Of a stretch of DNA of 64,000 nucleotides, positions 18,590-27,268 are shown piece after piece. The translations under genes and the position numbers were made by a program. Under the pieces are notes generated by a model that made no database searches, had not been told where the DNA came from, and saw only the letters and a list, made by a program, of their open reading frames with translations. Every line of letters begins with the position of its first letter. The first letter of the stretch is position 1. This DNA comes from a virus (Duplodnaviria > Caudoviricetes): positions 1,774 through 65,773 of the IMG/VR virus record IMGVR_UViG_3300045996_002560. One strand, 5' to 3'.

Positions 18590-20940
18590 TACTCGCGCAC
18601 CAGTTGCAGCATTGCTATGACCGGCGTGCTGTCGGCTATGTTGGCGCCGCTGGCGTTGGTTGCCTTGACGGTGATGGTGTTGTCAGCCGTGACCACCGGT
18701 CGGTGGATGATCAGCCCATCGTCGGGCGCCGACAGCAGGCGCAGCTCGGCCGAGTCGACGCCTGCCTTGGCGCCGGTGATCGTCACGGTGCCGGACGCAG
18801 TGGCATCGGCGTTGACGGCGGTGAAATCGAGGCAGGCGACGGCCTCGAACATGTGACCCCACTTCTTGAGCGCCTTGCCAGTGCTCGACGGGTCATGCAA
18901 CGTCGACACCGAGACACCAAAGCTCAAGAAGAGCACGACGCCCAATGCCGCGGCAGTCGTCTCGGTATCGGTGTCGGTCGTACGATAGGAGATCGTCGTC
19001 GATGTGACGGACTGGATCACCGTTTCGCTGTCGGTATAGCCCGTGCCGTTGCAGCGAGTCTGGATACGCATGCCGACCTTGAGGCTGTGCGTGCCGATCG
19101 TCAGGGTCACCATGCCGCCCGTCTTGGCCCGATGTGTGATCGTGTAGGTGCCTGGCAGAACGGTGCCGGTCGCTTCCTTGGCGAGCGCCGAGGTGCCGGT
19201 CGTGTTGGCGACCTTGAAGGTGTGCTGATTGATGACATGAGAGACGGTGTAGGGAGTGGCGCTCGAATAGCCCGAGTTGGTGGCGCTCGGAATGCAGAGC
19301 GGATCACCAACGCGGAAGAAATGCTTCTCCTTGGTGTAGATCGTGGCATGCGTCGTATCGCGACTGACGGCGACGATATTGAGCGCGGCCGAAGCCCAGG
19401 CCCGCACCATCTCACCTTGCGTGTTGATCTTCTCGAAGTATACCCGACCCGAGGCGTCGGCGTCGCTGTCGCGCACCGGCACGAGACCAGAGGCGCGCAC
19501 GGAGCTGGTGGTGCCGATGACGGTGGTGTCGCGCGCGTGCAGCACCTCAACAAACCAATCTTCGCAACCGCTTGGGTTGTCGATCAGCACCGCGTTCGTG
19601 GTCGTGCCCAAAACGACCGTGCCGTGATCCGTGCCGGAAGGCAAGGTGCCGGGGCTGCTGGTGCCGCCATCGACCGCGAAGCTGAACTCGTCGTAACGGG
19701 CGGTCTCGCCGGCGAGCGTCGCCTCGTCGCTGACACTGATCGCCGTGACGGTATGGGCGCCATTATAAGCCGCTTCGGCAAAGCCGGCCACGGTCACGGT
19801 GTCACCGACCTTCAGGCCATGACCGACGTTGTTCAATTCCTCGCTGTCGAATACATCAATTCGGGCCGTCGCGACGCCGCCAGTCTGGGCAATCTCAACG
19901 ATCTTCTGTCCGCCGACAAAGCAGCTGTCGACCTGCATGTTGGTGATGCGACCTATGCCGCGGCCGCTGACGCCGACGAAGCCGCTGCGCGAGGTCAGAC
20001 CGTCGAAGGTAGTGCCGCCGCCGAGCAGCGAGACCTTCTCGAAATGGACCTTCGCCGTGACTTCGAGGCAGTTGTCAAACAGGAGCGGGCGGTCCATGCA
20101 CAGGGCGTGCTCGCAGTTAATCTGGAGGAAATCGCCCTGAAATGCATTTCTGACCCGTACCAGGCCCCACACACGCTGCCGCACACCGGCGCTGATGTGC
20201 CAGTTGCTGAACACGTTGCCGGTGCTGGGCGTGAGATCCATGCCATATTTGAGATGATCGTAGGCGCGGATGTTGGCGACTGTATTGCTGAAGAAGCTCG
20301 GAGTGCCGCCGGACGTATGAAAGCTGTACATTCCACGAAAGCCGCCGATTATCAATAGATCGTCATAAATATTGAAAAAACAGCTATCTTCGCAGGTAAT
20401 ACATGATGCATCCGTTTCGTCCTCTTCGGAATAGGGCGCGAACTTCACTGTCAGGCCGCGAACCTCAGTGTAGCGCCCGCCCGTGCGCAGGATCGGGCCG
20501 TCGGCGTTGACCCGCTGAATGATCGACTTGCCGCGCCCCATGCCGACGATACCGACGCGAGCATCGGTTGAACCCACGTTGCGCAGATCGATCTCGTCTT
20601 CGATCGAATAGACACCGGGGGGGATCAGGAGCGGCAACTTGGCCGCGAGCGCCTGGGCCGCAGCGGCCTGCAGCTCGCTCGTGCACTCATTGTCACCGGT
20701 GGTGTCGACCGTCGTCCAATCGAGGATCGAGACACCCTTCTCACGGACGGCTCCCGCAATCGACCGGGCGCCTTGACCCGTGTCGGTGTCGGCGGGGAGG
20801 GTAACTGCGGCGCCAAGAGCGTCCTGATTAACCTTCCCGCTTCCTCGTGTACGACTCTCGAAGCTGATCAGAGCGTCAGAGGGAAGGTCATCGAACTCGA
20901 GACCAGCGGTTTCTTTGTTAAGCTGCGTGAAAGTGGTCAC
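18589..20940 (-). CDS. Beta-helix spike/fibre protein (pectin lyase-like, putative depolymerase)
   Basis: VSILDW..DTTG...ELQAA...LLIPPGVY beta-helix start; N-terminal ~40 aa shared with 46893-48878. Confidence 0.75.
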   Translation of the reverse strand: MTTFTQLNKETAGLEFDDLPSDALISFESRTRGSGKVNQDALGAAVTLPADTDTGQGARSIAGAVREKGVSILDWTTVDTTGDNECTSELQAAAAQALAAKLPLLIPPGVYSIEDEIDLRNVGSTDARVGIVGMGRGKSIIQRVNADGPILRTGGRYTEVRGLTVKFAPYSEEDETDASCITCEDSCFFNIYDDLLIIGGFRGMYSFHTSGGTPSFFSNTVANIRAYDHLKYGMDLTPSTGNVFSNWHISAGVRQRVWGLVRVRNAFQGDFLQINCEHALCMDRPLLFDNCLEVTAKVHFEKVSLLGGGTTFDGLTSRSGFVGVSGRGIGRITNMQVDSCFVGGQKIVEIAQTGGVATARIDVFDSEELNNVGHGLKVGDTVTVAGFAEAAYNGAHTVTAISVSDEATLAGETARYDEFSFAVDGGTSSPGTLPSGTDHGTVVLGTTTNAVLIDNPSGCEDWFVEVLHARDTTVIGTTSSVRASGLVPVRDSDADASGRVYFEKINTQGEMVRAWASAALNIVAVSRDTTHATIYTKEKHFFRVGDPLCIPSATNSGYSSATPYTVSHVINQHTFKVANTTGTSALAKEATGTVLPGTYTITHRAKTGGMVTLTIGTHSLKVGMRIQTRCNGTGYTDSETVIQSVTSTTISYRTTDTDTETTAAALGVVLFLSFGVSVSTLHDPSSTGKALKKWGHMFEAVACLDFTAVNADATASGTVTITGAKAGVDSAELRLLSAPDDGLIIHRPVVTADNTITVKATNASGANIADSTPVIAMLQLVRE

Positions 20941-21203
20941 TTCGTTTCCTCTAGTATGCGCCGCACGCTGTTTAATTTATTCCGGCAATCCTCACCGGCT
21001 GCGTCCACCATAGCAAGGTGGTTCATGACATCTGCGTCAGTGACTATCTGCGCCGACGTGGTGACCGGTCGGGCATTACACGTCAGCAGGTGCCCGCTTA
21101 TCTTAGGGCTTTCCACCTGTATCCTGGTGACTATCTTCGGCTCGGGGCGCGTACAGCTGGTCAATAGCGTCACGAACAAAAGGAGCAGCAGGGCGATCTT
21201 CAT
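20937..21203 (-). CDS. o-spanin (Rz1-like lipoprotein)
   Basis: Signal peptide with lipobox LTSC; LLTC...DC..KL; overlaps the i-spanin. Confidence 0.8.
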   Translation of the reverse strand: MKIALLLLLFVTLLTSCTRPEPKIVTRIQVESPKISGHLLTCNARPVTTSAQIVTDADVMNHLAMVDAAGEDCRNKLNSVRRILEETK

Positions 21204-21504
21204 TGGTTTCTCTGGCACGCTTGGTCCTCCTTGTGACCGCCGCGACTAACTCCTTCTGTCTTTCTGTTGCGTCACGAAGGCGAGTTATCTCTTCGTCCTG
21301 CTTCTTCAGGAAGCGTTGCATCGCCTCCACGGCAGTCTTGTTCGCCTCCGCTACCTCGCTGACCGTCTTGAGCCGCTCCGCCTGGAGGGTGTAGTCAGCG
21401 ACCATCGAACGGATCTGGAGCTTCTGCCATCCTACTGCCACCAGAAGCAGCAGCAGGATGGCTCCGAAGAAGCCCCAACGGTTCATGAACAAGCCGGCTA
21501 TCAT
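21103..21504 (-). CDS. i-spanin (Rz-like)
   Basis: N-terminal TM plus coiled coil; overlaps lipoprotein gene. Confidence 0.8.
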   Translation of the reverse strand: MIAGLFMNRWGFFGAILLLLLVAVGWQKLQIRSMVADYTLQAERLKTVSEVAEANKTAVEAMQRFLKKQDEEITRLRDATERQKELVAAVTRRTKRARETNEDRPAAPFVRDAIDQLYAPRAEDSHQDTGGKP

Positions 21505-24386
21505 GGCAGCCGGTACGTCTTGTCGGTGCTGCCACGTGGGGTCCAATTGTCCTTGTAACGATCAGACTCCGTCTCTAAGTACCCATAGACCGCGGTGTTC
21601 TCGTTGGAACGGTCACTTTCGTTGCCACGCGGCCACAAGTCATGACAAAGTATATCCGTCGTCTGATTAAATCCGATTTCAAAGAAATCGAGTTCTGGTG
21701 TGTCCGCCGCGATGCTTTTAAACCACCCCCACATCCCATCAATGTACTGCGGGTAGTTCTTGCGGTCCACCTCGTCTGGCACTGTATTCTTTGGGTCGCG
21801 CTTGACGCCAGGGAACCACTCCTGAATACCGAACTTACAGTTAAAGCGTTTGGCGTAACCTAGATGTGACTTGGGACCATTGTTTCCGGTCGCGCCGTTA
21901 TCGTTGACAGCTTCGGAGCCAATCCAGTAGGCCCAAGCTGCATCGCCGGTGCGCCCGCCGAGGCCCGCGCCCGTGCGGAAGTTCTTCTCGTGATCGTAAC
22001 AGTCTGAGGTGAACCAGTCGATCGGGTTGTAGTTCCTGAGGTTGGCGCCCTCCACCGTCCAGTCAGCCGACAGAGGATGAACAGGGCAAGTAAGCCCGGG
22101 GTACGAGGACATCCAGTTGTTCATGGCGTTCCATGAAAATTCCACTCGTGGATTGTGGTTGACACCAAACCCAGTCGACGTGCGGTGTCGAATTCTTGAC
22201 CCGGTGTTCAGCGTCTTGTCCATGTAGTAGGCAAGACGCTTGTACGCCTTCTTATAGTTGTTGCACTTCGCCAGAAGCTCCGCGGTCGGCGACGCCGGGG
22301 TGCCCCCGAAAGGCCAACCGGGCATGGAACGGACCGCCCAGGGGTACCCGCCCGTGTTCTCCTGCCCAAAGCAAAAAATCACCGGTGGTGCAGTAGGATG
22401 GTTGTCCATCCACGGAATGAACCAGTCGGCCATTTCGTCGATGATGTCCCGGTGGATGGCCATCCGGTTATCATCATTGTCGACCGTGATGCGATCGAAC
22501 AAACCTTTTTCCTGTTCACACAACATGGCGTGAGCGTAGACACACTTGAAGCCGGCGTTCAGTGCGTCGGCGAGTAGTCCGGAACTGCTTCTCAGATTGC
22601 TCTGCGTTCTCACCCGCTCGTATTGGTCGTCCGCGGAAACACGGTCGGCGACAGGAATGTTGGGATTGGTCGCACCTTTACCCCACGCATTACCGCCGGT
22701 GTAGAGCAGGATGATGTCGGACTGACGCCCGCGGAACTCCCTGAAGCTGTTGGTCTCTCTGTTGATCGCCGGGTCCAAACCACCAAAGGTGACGCCAGAA
22801 GCCCAAGGCAGATTGCTGCGCCACGTCCGCGCGACGCCGCGGTCCGTTATCGTGAAGCTTGCCGCACCTTGCCCGGAGATGATCTCACCACCGGTCGGGC
22901 TCGACAGGGTGACGGTGACCGTGCGGGTACCATTGGTAGCCGTTCGATTGACTGTCTGAATGGTGATCTCGTTCTCAGTGTCACTCGCGGCAAAGGTCGA
23001 CGTGCCTGTGATCGTCCCGGACAGATCATTGTCCGTGTTCAGGCTGCTCACGGCGGTCCAGACGACGGAGCACGAACCGGTCAGCAAACCGGAGCGATTG
23101 ATCCGGAGGGTGACTGCGCCGCCTTCAGCAACCGTCGAGGCATTCGAGGTGATGCTCATGCGCCGAACAGTGGCAGCCCCGCCTGAGTCGGTGACGGTGC
23201 AGGTTGCCGAGGCGGTCCCGATCGTGCAGTAAATTGGATCGGTAAGCGTGACGATGACGGTCTCGTTGGACTCGACTGTCTCGTCACCCTTGTAAACGAA
23301 CGTGATCGTCTCGGTTGTCCGCCCGATTGGGATGTCGACCTGACCCGTGAATACAGCGCCAGAGGCAAAGTCGGCGTCATTGCTCGTGCCGCTCTTGGTC
23401 CAGGTTGCTCGAACGAGACCGTTGCCACCGCTCCGGGTGACAGTGAAGACGATGTTTTGAGTGCCCGACGTACCTTCAACCAATGTGGCAGGTGCCACGG
23501 AGATGGAGATGGAGTTGTTCTCCACCACCATCGTGATCACGCCCGTATCGGTGGTCACACCGTCCGTGATCGAGTAGGTGAGCGTGACATTCCCGAGAGA
23601 AGCACCCGAGGTGTAAGTGATCTCGTTCTCGGCAGTGACAGTCGCGGTGCCTGCTGAAGGGGCTACCGTGATCGCGACGGTTATCGGCAGACTACCGCGG
23701 TAGTTGCCTGTGACGTTGTGTGTCTTCGACGTCGAAGGGGGCGTGTAGAACGTGTAGTCGAGCGCGACCACACTATCGTCCGGGGCATCGACTTCGTAGT
23801 TCAGACCGACATCCGCCTCGAACAGACGAACGGGAATCTTGGAGAAGTTTGCGTCAGCCACGGTGGTGGCTGCATCAGTGTCGGTAACGGAATGCCCGGC
23901 GCCGTAGGTGATTTCCGAGTTGCGATCCGCACGATCTGATGAGTTAGGTGCGATGACGTTCTGGGAGGCATTGATGGTCGTGTCGGTAGCCAGCCACGGG
24001 TGCATGTCAGCGGAGCCGACATGGACATTCATGTGGTTGCCCCCGACCTTGTTGCGCCCCGCATTCGGCCACGGCTTCCCCGTGGGGGCATCCCCGGCAT
24101 TGCCCGGGAAGTTCAGGTAGTTCCTGTTCCCCTTGCTGAGGTGGATCTTGGCCTTGCCTCGGGCAGAGGTAGCAACCGGCTGGGCAGTTGCGGCAAGCTT
24201 TGCCGCCCAGTTGTTGATGATCACATGGTAGCCATCCTTGACCATGATGCCACCGATGTCGACGTTGGCGTCAGCATCATCTGGCTCGACCCACAGATTG
24301 CCATCAATGATGGCCCCATTGCCGGCGGTATCGGAAGTCTTCTCGGAACCGAACTGGTGACGCCAAATGTTCTTTGCGTTGGGCAT
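21501..24386 (-). CDS. Multidomain protein: beta-helix-like N-terminus, Ig/Calx-beta domains, GH26-like C-terminal domain
   Basis: EG....FTVTRSG...GDETVESNET Calx-beta; FGQENTGGYPW, SDCYD, GIQEW. Confidence 0.7.
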   Translation of the reverse strand: MPNAKNIWRHQFGSEKTSDTAGNGAIIDGNLWVEPDDADANVDIGGIMVKDGYHVIINNWAAKLAATAQPVATSARGKAKIHLSKGNRNYLNFPGNAGDAPTGKPWPNAGRNKVGGNHMNVHVGSADMHPWLATDTTINASQNVIAPNSSDRADRNSEITYGAGHSVTDTDAATTVADANFSKIPVRLFEADVGLNYEVDAPDDSVVALDYTFYTPPSTSKTHNVTGNYRGSLPITVAITVAPSAGTATVTAENEITYTSGASLGNVTLTYSITDGVTTDTGVITMVVENNSISISVAPATLVEGTSGTQNIVFTVTRSGGNGLVRATWTKSGTSNDADFASGAVFTGQVDIPIGRTTETITFVYKGDETVESNETVIVTLTDPIYCTIGTASATCTVTDSGGAATVRRMSITSNASTVAEGGAVTLRINRSGLLTGSCSVVWTAVSSLNTDNDLSGTITGTSTFAASDTENEITIQTVNRTATNGTRTVTVTLSSPTGGEIISGQGAASFTITDRGVARTWRSNLPWASGVTFGGLDPAINRETNSFREFRGRQSDIILLYTGGNAWGKGATNPNIPVADRVSADDQYERVRTQSNLRSSSGLLADALNAGFKCVYAHAMLCEQEKGLFDRITVDNDDNRMAIHRDIIDEMADWFIPWMDNHPTAPPVIFCFGQENTGGYPWAVRSMPGWPFGGTPASPTAELLAKCNNYKKAYKRLAYYMDKTLNTGSRIRHRTSTGFGVNHNPRVEFSWNAMNNWMSSYPGLTCPVHPLSADWTVEGANLRNYNPIDWFTSDCYDHEKNFRTGAGLGGRTGDAAWAYWIGSEAVNDNGATGNNGPKSHLGYAKRFNCKFGIQEWFPGVKRDPKNTVPDEVDRKNYPQYIDGMWGWFKSIAADTPELDFFEIGFNQTTDILCHDLWPRGNESDRSNENTAVYGYLETESDRYKDNWTPRGSTDKTYRLP

Positions 24387-25912
24387 TATCGGTACACCGA
24401 AAGGTAGGCTGCGGAAGCGACCGCGTTGAACTCAGGCATCGGGTTCGCATAGATGTGATGCCACTGCTTGGTGGTACCCGCCTGGAAGTAACACTCGTAG
24501 AACAAGTGCTCCTCATACTCGTCGAACAGGGCTTTCATTGCCACAATGAAGGGCGCCCTGTTTGACTTGTCGGTCGCAACGAGAGGCAGATTGGTGACGC
24601 CCCACTCGGCAACAGCCCACTTCTTACCACGAGCGCGCGCGAACTTCGCGATGCCTCGAGGCCCAGTCACCATCCCGGTGGTGGTGTTGTAGTCGCCCAT
24701 GAAGCCGTTGGGGTTATCGACGTAGAAGCTCCCGGTGAAGCTGTCGTAGGCGTCGACCGAATAGATGTCCGCGCTCTCCGGAGCCCAGAGGGCCAGCGGG
24801 CGGGTGATGTTGCGCAGGCAGTTGAACTCCAGCACGGCACCCGGCAGCTCGGCACGATAGATAGCGGCGATGCGGTTCCAGCAAGCCTTGTAGGCAGCCG
24901 CCGTCTCGGGCGTGTTCGCCGTCTGCACCGCCCCGTCCTGCCAGCTCCACGGGTAGCCAGCGTTCGCCTCCCAACCGAGACGGATCACCACCATGTTGGT
25001 GCCGAAGATCAGGGCCAGCTTCCTGGCGTTCGCCACGTGGTAGGAGTCGAAGTCACCGCGGGCGCCCTCGACATACTGCCGGGCGTTCGGCAGGCAAAGG
25101 AGGGGCACAGCGATCGTCCAGGGGTTCAGGCCCATGGCGACGGAGTCGCGCAGCAGAGTATGAACCCAGTTGCTCGCCAGCGTAGGCCAAGAGTTGATGA
25201 TCGTGTCGCCCATGAAGGCGCTGTGGATATCGGTCGGGCGTCCACGCCACGCCGCAATCGCGATCTGACCATCGCGTTGGCTGGCGGGTGTGTTGGTCTG
25301 AAGACGGAACCCGGAGCGCCAAGTCAGGCGCGATGCGAACCGATGGACAGGGGCGTCCACCACGGTTGTCATTGCCGTCTCGTTGCGCAAGGTGGCGCCG
25401 ACCGGGTTGGTAAGCGTGACGGCTACAACCTCGTCACCCTCGAGCTTGCGGTCGCCCTTCAGGGCTACCTCGATGCGGGCTTCCTTCTGCCCCTCTGACA
25501 GGGTCAGCGTCCCAGCGGGCAGAACACCACCGAGGAAATCGTCGGCAGCCACGGTGCCGCCCACGCTCCACTCCAACATCACGCTCGGGTCCACATCACC
25601 ATGGCGGGTCACAATGAACGTGACGAACCGTGTCGTATGCTGGTCCTCCGCCACGGTCGGAGACAGGGCAGTAATCTCCAGCTCAGTCGGAGCGCGCATC
25701 GACTTCTCGAGCGCCTTCACCGAAGCCAGAGTCGCCTCCAGGGAGGTATCCTCGTCCTCGTAGTCCGCCGTGCAGTCAGCAACCAGGATGCCCAGCTCAG
25801 CCTTCACCTCGTCGACATTGAACAGCAGCATGGCCTGCCGCTCAACATTCTCTTTCTTCATGGCTTCGAGCTTGCTGATAATCTCAAGCACCTTGTCGTG
25901 CTGCACGGTCAT
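24386..25912 (-). CDS. Calx-beta plus GH26-like glycoside hydrolase
   Basis: GDRKLEGDEVV Calx-beta; IRLGWEANAGYPW, SVDAYD, AVAEWGV. Confidence 0.8.
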   Translation of the reverse strand: MTVQHDKVLEIISKLEAMKKENVERQAMLLFNVDEVKAELGILVADCTADYEDEDTSLEATLASVKALEKSMRAPTELEITALSPTVAEDQHTTRFVTFIVTRHGDVDPSVMLEWSVGGTVAADDFLGGVLPAGTLTLSEGQKEARIEVALKGDRKLEGDEVVAVTLTNPVGATLRNETAMTTVVDAPVHRFASRLTWRSGFRLQTNTPASQRDGQIAIAAWRGRPTDIHSAFMGDTIINSWPTLASNWVHTLLRDSVAMGLNPWTIAVPLLCLPNARQYVEGARGDFDSYHVANARKLALIFGTNMVVIRLGWEANAGYPWSWQDGAVQTANTPETAAAYKACWNRIAAIYRAELPGAVLEFNCLRNITRPLALWAPESADIYSVDAYDSFTGSFYVDNPNGFMGDYNTTTGMVTGPRGIAKFARARGKKWAVAEWGVTNLPLVATDKSNRAPFIVAMKALFDEYEEHLFYECYFQAGTTKQWHHIYANPMPEFNAVASAAYLSVYR

Positions 25913-26628
25913 TATCGCACTTCCTCCTTTTCAGGATTAATAAGCTTGCGCAGACGCTTGTTGCGGCTGGCGATGAATAGGATCACGGCGAAGCTCACGA
26001 CACCGCAGGCGACGGAGAACCAAGGCAGCAGGGTGTCCATGGTGCTCGTCGCGACCACGACATTGTCGTATGTTTGCTTCGCTTCCGGCAGGGAGGCCAT
26101 AATGTCCGGAGCTATCGAAGCCGCAGCGCCGGCAATGCTGGCCACTGCACCGACCACCTTGGCAGTCTTCGTCTTCGCGCCGTTCACCTTCGAGCCGGGA
26201 ATTTGCAGCCCGGCCAGGATCAGACCGGCATCGATGGTCGCGTCGTCGTAAGGCTGGTAGCCCAGCTCGTGCTTGATAATCGCCAGCACGAGTCCACGCA
26301 TGGTGTACCACTCGTAGACATCGGTCGGTGCGTCCGCCGTCCTACCCAGGGACGTGGCCACGGCGTTGATGTAAGCACCGGTGTTGTTCTCGACCGGAGG
26401 CGCCCAGCGGTCGATAATCTCCCGCACGCTGTCGATGTTATGTTTGTCTTGGTAGGTGATCAGCACCCGGCAAATGGCACGGACGCCCCACTTCGGCTCC
26501 GTGAAGACGACAAAGCGAGGGTCGCTCGACTGATCATCAGCCTGACCCTGCCATCTTACTCCGGCAACCCGGTCGATATTACCGGGATTTTTATTCCGCT
26601 CGCCACGAGCGCTGTCACCAGTCGTCAC
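25912..26628 (-). CDS. Putative endolysin (lysozyme-like) with C-terminal TM segments
   Basis: RGERNKNPGNI, RWAPPVENNT..Y, IIKHE.G; hydrophobic C-terminus. Confidence 0.75.
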   Translation of the reverse strand: MTTGDSARGERNKNPGNIDRVAGVRWQGQADDQSSDPRFVVFTEPKWGVRAICRVLITYQDKHNIDSVREIIDRWAPPVENNTGAYINAVATSLGRTADAPTDVYEWYTMRGLVLAIIKHELGYQPYDDATIDAGLILAGLQIPGSKVNGAKTKTAKVVGAVASIAGAAASIAPDIMASLPEAKQTYDNVVVATSTMDTLLPWFSVACGVVSFAVILFIASRNKRLRKLINPEKEEVR

Positions 26629-26630
26629 GT

Positions 26631-26882
26631 CTAATTCGTCCCCTTTAACTTGCCGGAGCCTTCCTCCGCCTTCTTCAGATATCTTGATTTGATTTTCATC
26701 AGGTAAGACGGGGCGCTCTGCTTATCAAGTCCAAACTGCTCCAGCAGCGGGTAATTCGCCATGACGGGCTTCGGGTCCGTCCGAATTGCCCGGATTTCCT
26801 CAATTAAAAAATGGAAGAGGATTGGGTCAAATCGAGGCGTTTCATCTTTGACCAGTTCGGTTTTACGCACTCTCAAGTTCAT
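26631..26882 (-). CDS. Hypothetical protein
   Basis: ATGA overlap with upstream tail gene. Confidence 0.55.
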   Translation of the reverse strand: MNLRVRKTELVKDETPRFDPILFHFLIEEIRAIRTDPKPVMANYPLLEQFGLDKQSAPSYLMKIKSRYLKKAEEGSGKLKGTN

Positions 26883-27268
26883 ATGACAACCACCTCCACT
26901 GCGTACGGAAGGTAGGGCCAATGATCCACTGTCACGCGGTAGACAGCCGGCTCGTCGGATGTAATGGTTAGAGTGGAGGTCATGCTCTCCAGCGGTATAT
27001 CATCAACGTAGATCTGCACGTCAAACGGAAACTCGAACACGACACTGTCGACGCCGTCGCTTTCGATCGTCGTGTTCGCCGGCACGTCAAAGCTCGGTCG
27101 GTCAGCAACTTCGCCCAGACCGGGTGGATACCACTGCGTATCCGGATTGGGGAATTCATCAACCACGTACGAGTACGGGTCGTCAAAGAAGAGGTAGCCG
27201 AAACCCTCCGGGTCGCCCGTGCTCAGTCTCTCAATCCTACCAGTCGGATCGACACCCACCATCATCAT
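26879..27268 (-). CDS. Putative tail-associated protein
   Basis: Directly follows central tail fibre; TIESDGVD...PYLP pattern. Confidence 0.55.
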   Translation of the reverse strand: MMMVGVDPTGRIERLSTGDPEGFGYLFFDDPYSYVVDEFPNPDTQWYPPGLGEVADRPSFDVPANTTIESDGVDSVVFEFPFDVQIYVDDIPLESMTSTLTITSDEPAVYRVTVDHWPYLPYAVEVVVI

